From a virus: DNA of 64,000 bases. The first letter of the stretch is position 1, and each line of letters begins with the position of its first letter. Location: positions 33,490 to 97,489 of the IMG/VR virus record IMGVR_UViG_3300020034_000004; one strand, written 5' to 3'. The notes beneath the pieces are model-generated. The model made no database searches. It saw nothing but the letters and a program-made list of their open reading frames with translations, and had not been told where the DNA came from. Below, piece by piece: positions 57,013 to 64,000 of this stretch. Both the position numbers and the translations under genes were made by a program.

Positions 57013-60000
57013 TCAAACACCAAGTACTCGGCGTAACACAAGTGTTGTTGCCAAGCCTTGGTCGAACGACGTACTGACTGCTGTAATGAAGTATTTGTGT
57101 GTGGCGATAACCATACTCTTTTCAGGGTAACTGACAGTGACCACATCACCAATTTCTAGTAATGGATTACCAAAAATCTCTACTGTTTGTTCATCGGCGG
57201 TCTCTCCCCAGTGATGTAACATCCAGTCAGCAATATCTTGTGCTGCCGCCTTGGACTGAACCCATGGAGATGAAAGCTCTGTTTCACTCTTACCTCTTCG
57301 TAATATTTGGTTATAGTTCTGAGAGATAACTTTTTCAGCTTCTGATTGTGTTACCGCCCGGCCGTACACTGCGAATACTTGATTTATTGTGTTATTCGCA
57401 TACGTCAAATTATCTTCACCGTGAATAATTGCATTCTCACGGCTGGTATTTGCTAGATAGAATTTAGCGCCAAAGGCATTGGATGTATATTCGGGGCAGA
57501 TGACTTGCCAGTCATTCGTCATATATAGTTGACTATGAAGTACTGGCTTTGGGTCGAACTTAATATCGAATTCCCGTACCTCGTGAACAATAGGTCCGAA
57601 TTCATCCATGAATCTCTGCTGAGCCTGAACCTTGTAAGCGGTTACACCCTTTTTGGTGCGACGGTACTTGGTCTTCCATCCGTACACCCATTCGCGGTCC
57701 CATTGATTACCCTGGTATCCGCCCTCGACTCTGTCATAAAAACCGGTATTGTCAATAGGATTAACATCTGGCTGACCAATAGCGTATAGATATTCGTAAG
57801 AGACTTTTGTCTGTCCCCGAAAATGCATTCCGAATCGACCGTTCCAAATGTTGTACCAATCATCTACCATCGCAACAGTTAGCATCAAATTACCATTTAT
57901 CCAAACACTAACGGTGTGACCACCGGTAGCTGGACCAACAAATACATCCATTTCATACCAAACACCTTCAACAATGTTAATTGGTACACCTGTATTAGCT
58001 GTACCTCCATGAATCTTGATTTGGTCACTCTTACGAGAATATACAATTAATTCATTGGTTAACTTTCTACCAGTAGCAGTTAATTTGTTAGTGGGCGTTA
58101 GTTCAATATAGTATCCATTCTCTGAAGCATTAGAATGAATTACCATACCGGCGCGCTGCACTCGTTTACCGGCCTTCTCGAATCTAAGCTTTGTACCATA
58201 GTAATAGTATCCATCAGATAGATAGGAACCGCGCGTGACCGCGCAGAGGTCATACCAATTTTTGAATCTGGCACCGGCGTCTAATGTAACCATAGAATTT
58301 TGAGCATCATGTCTAAATGAAGATGCTGCACTGTCTGTGATTCCGCTATAACGTGCACGAGCCTCATAATTGGAGGCGTTCATTTCGTGACGCATCCTAA
58401 CAGAGTTCCATAATCCTCTACCCGGAACCTCACCCGGACCACTTTCAACACTAGCCTGGTCATCAATAATCAAACCGCCAGAGAATCCATTCAGATGTTT
58501 CTGGCTAGCGAATGTCTTATTATCACACTTGGCCTTCTCGGCGACATTCTTGATGTTAGCACCAGTTCTTACACCATTATCATAATAGACGTAGTTTTTA
58601 GATTTGTATCGAATCAACTCACCTTCAATTTGAACAATACCCTGGTATGGCCAATACACGGCTTCTTTTGCATTGATATAGAATACATATGATTCATCAG
58701 TGTTAATCGGGCGCGTTAGTTGGCTTGACCTCAATACCGTCGTTCCTTCAGCTTCCCAAACCTTTTCAAGCTTTGGGATACCATTGTTGAAATCAGAGAT
58801 TGTCGTGTTTTGATAATTAATTGTAATATGGTTTGACTCTAGCTCATCAGTCTGGTCTAGAGTGACAATGTCGGCCAATTCTCCAGCCTGTGGACCGGTT
58901 GTCACGGTATCTGCACGCAAGACCCAATCAACAGATTTCGCTTCGTCAAACATTGCCTCTCGGGTTTTAATCTGTAGCAATCCAGACCCATCGAAATAGA
59001 TAGCCGTTTGAGTTGCTTTTGACAACTCATCGAATAGTTCCCATACGGTCTTTTCTCCATCTGCCCAGAAGTAAGGAATAACGTGATTCGAGACCAAGTC
59101 ATTGCTTTGAATAGCATAATCTACAAATCCAACAGAATCACACAATCTCCAAATAATCTGTGTTACCGGTAAACCTTCATAAAAACACGGATTAGGTCTA
59201 GCTTCTTTAAGATACTTTGAGAAATCTGTTAATTCAATGTTCACCGTGTCATCACGTTGACCAGACCAAGGACCACCATACATCTTAAATTGCTGTACTG
59301 GATATTTAGTTCCTTCAACGTTGTAAACATATTCTAGATTGAAAATAGCTCCTGGTTCAATCAACCAACGGAAATAATCATCATCGGAATCCTTGGACAA
59401 TATGCCGTCAAGGTTGCTTAGAGTAATGGAGCCGGTATTTGAAGTTAGTGTCCCCATCGGATACAAGTTAGACTTGTCAGCCATATCAAACGTATCACCA
59501 TTAGAAATCAATCTATCGGTTAGGTCTTCTTCTCTACGGGCGCTGATTTCAATGACATTACAGAATGAACTAGCTCCTGTGCCCGGGTATACACCCAGAC
59601 CAGGACCCAGAGTTTCAACTCTGGCCTGAACACCAGCCAAAGTTCTTAAATTAGTAACTAATCTTCCGTCACCATCAACTGGCCTGGCCTGTAACCAAAC
59701 ATCGCTTCCGTGGTGATACAAAATAGTCTGCCCCTTGGAGTTAACTACCCAACTACCTCCAGCTAGTTGCTCCCATGCACCGCCGACAGTTTCTTGAATC
59801 CAAATAGTGTAAACCTCAGGTGTCGCCCATGAGTTTTCCCAATTGATAACAATCTTGTTAGATGACACCAACGCTGTGTATTTGATGTGTGGACGGCATT
59901 TAGTTGCTCCATCAGTATGATTAGGGAAGTTTCGTGTTCCATCTGTCTCTACCGGCGAACTCCAGTATTTGTAAACGTCATCAACACCGCCTAGATAGTA

Positions 60001-60270
60001 TCTTGTATCTAATGGGTTGGCATCATGATTTGAGATTCGACCTTCATTGATACGTAGCTTCGCCACCCCTCGTGTTGGCCTATTACCAGCATAAATAGAT
60101 TCAATTGGGAACACTTCAACATCGTATCCCTCTGAATCTTCAGTTGGAGTGTTGTCTGCGGACACAACAGCATAACGGTTGAAATTCCATTCAACCGTTA
60201 ATCTAGGTAATGCAAAAACTGCATGGCTTTCACGAATTGCATCTCGTACCGCCGCGTTTACTGATTTCAT
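57013..60270 (-). CDS. Minor tail (hub/Tal-like) protein
   Basis: Second gene after the tape measure; GNPLLEIGDVV motif. Confidence 0.8.
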   Translation of the reverse strand: MKSVNAAVRDAIRESHAVFALPRLTVEWNFNRYAVVSADNTPTEDSEGYDVEVFPIESIYAGNRPTRGVAKLRINEGRISNHDANPLDTRYYLGGVDDVYKYWSSPVETDGTRNFPNHTDGATKCRPHIKYTALVSSNKIVINWENSWATPEVYTIWIQETVGGAWEQLAGGSWVVNSKGQTILYHHGSDVWLQARPVDGDGRLVTNLRTLAGVQARVETLGPGLGVYPGTGASSFCNVIEISARREEDLTDRLISNGDTFDMADKSNLYPMGTLTSNTGSITLSNLDGILSKDSDDDYFRWLIEPGAIFNLEYVYNVEGTKYPVQQFKMYGGPWSGQRDDTVNIELTDFSKYLKEARPNPCFYEGLPVTQIIWRLCDSVGFVDYAIQSNDLVSNHVIPYFWADGEKTVWELFDELSKATQTAIYFDGSGLLQIKTREAMFDEAKSVDWVLRADTVTTGPQAGELADIVTLDQTDELESNHITINYQNTTISDFNNGIPKLEKVWEAEGTTVLRSSQLTRPINTDESYVFYINAKEAVYWPYQGIVQIEGELIRYKSKNYVYYDNGVRTGANIKNVAEKAKCDNKTFASQKHLNGFSGGLIIDDQASVESGPGEVPGRGLWNSVRMRHEMNASNYEARARYSGITDSAASSFRHDAQNSMVTLDAGARFKNWYDLCAVTRGSYLSDGYYYYGTKLRFEKAGKRVQRAGMVIHSNASENGYYIELTPTNKLTATGRKLTNELIVYSRKSDQIKIHGGTANTGVPINIVEGVWYEMDVFVGPATGGHTVSVWINGNLMLTVAMVDDWYNIWNGRFGMHFRGQTKVSYEYLYAIGQPDVNPIDNTGFYDRVEGGYQGNQWDREWVYGWKTKYRRTKKGVTAYKVQAQQRFMDEFGPIVHEVREFDIKFDPKPVLHSQLYMTNDWQVICPEYTSNAFGAKFYLANTSRENAIIHGEDNLTYANNTINQVFAVYGRAVTQSEAEKVISQNYNQILRRGKSETELSSPWVQSKAAAQDIADWMLHHWGETADEQTVEIFGNPLLEIGDVVTVSYPEKSMVIATHKYFITAVSTSFDQGLATTLVLRRVLGV

Positions 60271-60713
60271 TAGCACTCTTCCAAAGTTATAGAGATATCC
60301 CAGAAATCAATCCCCTGGCCTCTTTTTTTAATATCTTTAGAAAATGAAGTAATCATAACATCAACTTGCTCTACATTATTAGCGCCATCTCGGAATTGAA
60401 CTGGGAATGCATCATCGTGCAACCCATGAAAAATCTCCATTTCTGTCGCAGCTAGACCATTATCTACCGTCGTCATCATACCGCTGACATTTCTCTTATC
60501 TGGTAAATCTTCCCATGAGCAAGACCAGCTACGTTTCTTTGCAACAACATATCTACGTAATGTACCATCGGCCATGCGCTGCTTCTTTTCGATGCGCTCA
60601 ACTTGAATTGAAATCGGTGACCTATTGTGGTCAGAGACCTTCAAATAAGCGTCAGCGTCTTCCTCATCCAGTCTTCCCCACCAATACATGGCGACGGTAT
60701 CTTTCCAAGTCAT
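60270..60713 (-). CDS. Distal tail-like protein
   Basis: Directly after the tape measure; RMADGTLR motif. Confidence 0.7.
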   Translation of the reverse strand: MTWKDTVAMYWWGRLDEEDADAYLKVSDHNRSPISIQVERIEKKQRMADGTLRRYVVAKKRSWSCSWEDLPDKRNVSGMMTTVDNGLAATEMEIFHGLHDDAFPVQFRDGANNVEQVDVMITSFSKDIKKRGQGIDFWDISITLEEC

Positions 60714-63700
60714 TAGTTCTTCCTACTCTGAGGTTTACGAGCCTCAATCTTTTTAATTTCTGCTATTGTCTTCTTGACAATCATATCTACTGTGTCTGGT
60801 CTTGCATTTGCTGCGTCCACGTTAATAGTATAACTGTTACCGCCTCCATCTGCAAAGTTTCTAACACCTTCTTTTAGGTCCTTAGTTAGGGGGGCAGTCA
60901 ATACAGCTTCCGGCGCATTTCGAGTACCGTGTAGATTTGCTAAACCATCTGACATTGCAAATCCACCAGTCTTCATACCCGGCAAACCAAAGATTCTCTT
61001 GCCGTTAATATCTTCAGTCCAACCAAGAAGTGGTTTATTCCAATCACGACTTAAGCTTGTAATTGTTCCTTGACCAATTCTACCCATGTTTGGATAGTCA
61101 GTACCGATAATCCTACCGCCACCCGTGGATAGAGCAACGTGACCATATCTACCGCCGCCCCAGTAAACTGGAACACCGGCCGGTACAGATGCTGGGTTTG
61201 CAATTCCGTGCTTATGCTTAGCCCCACCCCATGCTGAGATAGCACTTGGGAATCCCCCGCCAGCGCCCAATGCCATACGAACGAACTTCTGGCAAAGACC
61301 AATCCAGCCTTCGTCACCGAGATGAGCCTGCGCCCAGCTAATAGCACTTCTACCAATCTTGTTGGCTGGGCCAGTTGGACCTGTTCCTAAACCACCGCCA
61401 GCACCTGGGTCCTGAGAGAATGCTGAGAAAATAGCCATTGCTTCGTTCCAGTACTGATGGTAGTTAGAGCCATCAGAGAATGCTGACCTCTGTACCGCCT
61501 GCGCGGCTGCCCATGGGTCCATTCCTCCTCTTGCACCAATACCCTTCAGACTTGAATAGAATTTTGTAGCTGCATAGGTTGGGTCCATGATTTGTGCCAC
61601 GGAGCCCCAGCCTTGGCTTGGACGCTGCTGGAATAGACCAACGGAATCTCGGTCGCCACCGCCAAGGTTGCGAAGACCAGATTCGGTGATTGCTGTCATA
61701 ATTGCAATCTGGATGTCTCGTGGAGACATTCCCATATTGGCACCAACAGTTGCAATAATAGCTGCGTTGTTTAGCTGTTCTGCACCGAAGCTCTGGTCAC
61801 CATAAACACCAGCCTTTCCAGCTAGATATCGACCACCCATTGCGGCTGCGGTATCACGCTGAATTGCTCTCTGAGCACCAGTTGCCACCGCCTGACCAAT
61901 TGCGCGGGTAGCCAATGAAGCAATTCCAGCAGTCAACAAACCTGCGAATCCTAATGGACCCGGGCCAGCACCCTTACCTTCACTGTAAGAGCCACTGTTA
62001 ATCGCCTTCAAGGTACCAAGATGTTTTTGAGCTTTGTCTTTGTTAACCATAAATTCACCACGCTGAGCAATAATAGGCATTTCAGAGCGATGTAATCCAC
62101 TTCCAGAAATACCGGCGCGGCCTCCTGCATCTACACCAATTTGTCCACCAACGTGGAATGTTGGTAGATTTCTGTTAGGCTGCTTTTGATTACGGCTCTG
62201 CTGAATCTGTTCGGCAGTCGGTCCCTTGGGTGCCTTATACGGAGCCCAACCCTTTGGTGTCTGTCCCGTTGTTACCCACTTGATGAATTCAGTCATGTTC
62301 ATGTTGAATGAACCCTTGACCATCTGAGAAGCAATGCTTTGACCAATCGCCGCCCATTTCTGATTAGCAACCAAGTCCTGCATAGCATAGTGAATGTTTC
62401 TAGTTAGAACAGACCTTACATCGGCAGCAGTTCCATTGAATTTACCGCGCGTATTGACTCGGAATTGGTCATACTTACGAGAAATACTATTGATGTGAGT
62501 TTGTAATTCCTGAGCATTTCTAGGAGCGAATGCCTGGAAATCCTTGATTGCACGGTCAAGTTGTAGTTTACGAGAATCCCAGATTCTTTGTTCAGCAGCT
62601 ATGTTCTTCTGGATACGGTTTGAAAGTACATTCTCTTCCGCACGTTGACGCGCAGCTAGATTATCCTTCTCAGCCTTTAGTCTTACAGCTAAATGTAGAC
62701 GAGCTTGCTCTTGAGATGCAGCAAGAGCGGCTTTCTCTTGGGCTAGCTTTGTAGTCAGAGCAGCTTTATCGCGTTCCTGACGGACCTGAAGTGACTTTTT
62801 TTCAGCCTCTTCTGTTAATCGAAGGGCTTCAAGACGAGCATCTTTTTCCTTATTGATACGGTCGATGGCGCCCTGCAGAGCAGTCACACGTGTTTCGGAT
62901 GCTGTTTGGCCTTCTCCAGCCGCATCGGACAATGCCCAGTTCTGCTCAACGGCAGAGGCATCATTCATAATCTTAGCAGCTTCGTCCATGTCGCCAGAAA
63001 CCAACGCAGCATTGAAGTCAATGTTGCGATTCATCATCTCGGCTAGACGATTAATGCGTGTTTGTTCTGCCTCGAATAGGCGTTGACGAAGCTCTTCTGC
63101 TTTCTGTTCTGCATCGATAGATTTCTCAATTTTCTCAATGCGAGAATCATATGAAGCTTCAATTATCTTACGGCGATTTTCTTGACGCTTCTCTAGCTGG
63201 TCATCTTGTGCTTCTTGACGATTATCAAGAAGCTTCATTTGTGCATCCTGGCGCTTCTCCAAGCGGTCCATAGATGAATCCTGTGACTTCTCTAGACGAC
63301 GATTCGCAGCATCTTGTTGTGCATCAAGCTGGTCATTAGCTTTTTCATGCACAGACTTCAATGCATCCATTCGTGCTTCCTGGTTGTTGCGATAAGCATC
63401 CATTGCAGCATTCATACGACGGTCGAAGTTCTGTGTTGCTTGGTCTGCGTATTCAGACATGGCGCCCTTAATTCCAGTAACTGTCGCATCACCGAATGCT
63501 TGACTAGCAGCCTTAGTATCAGTAAACGTACCGGCCAATCTCTCCATAAACCCACGGGTATCTTTGGCAGCAGCGCCGGTCTTTTTGATTCCCTTGGACG
63601 CTTCCTCCAAAGCCTTACCGACACCACGAGCCTCCATCGCAGACAGCTCCTGAGCCTCAGCTAGAGATAATGTTTCACCCTTTAGATTCTTAGCATTTAG

Positions 63701-64000
63701 ATACTGATAACGCTCTTTTTCGGTGATATTAATGGTTGCCTTAGCAAGCAACTCAGAAACAGACAACCGAGCTAGCTCGGAATCTTTTACATCCTTGATG
63801 ACTTCTTCACCAGCCAATTCGGTGATAATCTTACGTTTCATGGCGGCGTCTAGCTTCTGCAAACGGACAAATTCAACATCCAAATCGTGAGAACCTTCAC
63901 CCTTTGAGCGACGCTCCGAACGCTCACGCTCAAGCTCAGCCATACGTTCTTCTAGTGGCCTGAACAAAGAATCCATAGCTTCCATGTTTTCAGACTGACT
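60713..64000 (-). CDS. Tape measure protein, 3' part, with lysozyme-like and CHAP/NlpC-like domains
   Basis: Long coiled coil; TESGLRN..DRDSVGLFQQRPSQGWG; GLCQKFV...YGHVA; ORF continues past the window edge. Confidence 0.9.
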   Translation of the reverse strand, partial: SQSENMEAMDSLFRPLEERMAELERERSERRSKGEGSHDLDVEFVRLQKLDAAMKRKIITELAGEEVIKDVKDSELARLSVSELLAKATINITEKERYQYLNAKNLKGETLSLAEAQELSAMEARGVGKALEEASKGIKKTGAAAKDTRGFMERLAGTFTDTKAASQAFGDATVTGIKGAMSEYADQATQNFDRRMNAAMDAYRNNQEARMDALKSVHEKANDQLDAQQDAANRRLEKSQDSSMDRLEKRQDAQMKLLDNRQEAQDDQLEKRQENRRKIIEASYDSRIEKIEKSIDAEQKAEELRQRLFEAEQTRINRLAEMMNRNIDFNAALVSGDMDEAAKIMNDASAVEQNWALSDAAGEGQTASETRVTALQGAIDRINKEKDARLEALRLTEEAEKKSLQVRQERDKAALTTKLAQEKAALAASQEQARLHLAVRLKAEKDNLAARQRAEENVLSNRIQKNIAAEQRIWDSRKLQLDRAIKDFQAFAPRNAQELQTHINSISRKYDQFRVNTRGKFNGTAADVRSVLTRNIHYAMQDLVANQKWAAIGQSIASQMVKGSFNMNMTEFIKWVTTGQTPKGWAPYKAPKGPTAEQIQQSRNQKQPNRNLPTFHVGGQIGVDAGGRAGISGSGLHRSEMPIIAQRGEFMVNKDKAQKHLGTLKAINSGSYSEGKGAGPGPLGFAGLLTAGIASLATRAIGQAVATGAQRAIQRDTAAAMGGRYLAGKAGVYGDQSFGAEQLNNAAIIATVGANMGMSPRDIQIAIMTAITESGLRNLGGGDRDSVGLFQQRPSQGWGSVAQIMDPTYAATKFYSSLKGIGARGGMDPWAAAQAVQRSAFSDGSNYHQYWNEAMAIFSAFSQDPGAGGGLGTGPTGPANKIGRSAISWAQAHLGDEGWIGLCQKFVRMALGAGGGFPSAISAWGGAKHKHGIANPASVPAGVPVYWGGGRYGHVALSTGGGRIIGTDYPNMGRIGQGTITSLSRDWNKPLLGWTEDINGKRIFGLPGMKTGGFAMSDGLANLHGTRNAPEAVLTAPLTKDLKEGVRNFADGGGNSYTINVDAANARPDTVDMIVKKTIAEIKKIEARKPQSRKN

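Noticed and set aside
62500-63500. Repetitive Q/E/R/K/A-rich sequence
   Set aside because: Ordinary coiled-coil periodicity of the tape measure protein, not a DNA repeat.
20438-63664. Plus-strand and out-of-frame ORFs nested in long minus-strand genes
   Set aside because: Shadow ORFs of well-supported genes, with no motifs of their own.

Overview
A 64 kb segment of a large, low-GC (roughly 40% by eye) tailed dsDNA siphovirus genome, almost entirely on the minus strand. Gene content and order resemble the big actinobacterial siphoviruses of the Streptomyces BE/BK type (inference). In transcription order, right to left: the 3' part of the tape measure gene and tail proteins; a holin-like gene and phosphoesterase; a replication block (DnaB, primase, SSB, DnaE, MazG, RecA, Cas4-like exonuclease with 2 inteins, RuvC); a glycosyltransferase/epimerase cluster; nucleotide enzymes; a terminase large subunit with 3 inteins; and a 1-19 kb RNA/translation island. 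The island holds about 24 tRNA genes, a tmRNA, an RNA ligase, a GGQ release-factor domain protein, a nucleotidyltransferase and many sigma70-type promoters. The most striking system is a Ro60/TROVE gene split into two ORFs, each with its own RBS and start codon. Each half carries the same leader hairpin, which resembles the Ro-binding helix of Y RNA and overlaps the RBS. Three Y RNAs lie just upstream. Also present are a circularly permuted tRNA-like RNA, tRNA-Arg-like genes whose D-loop appears moved to the variable-arm position, and several unassigned structured ncRNA candidates. All calls were made by eye; no searches were run.
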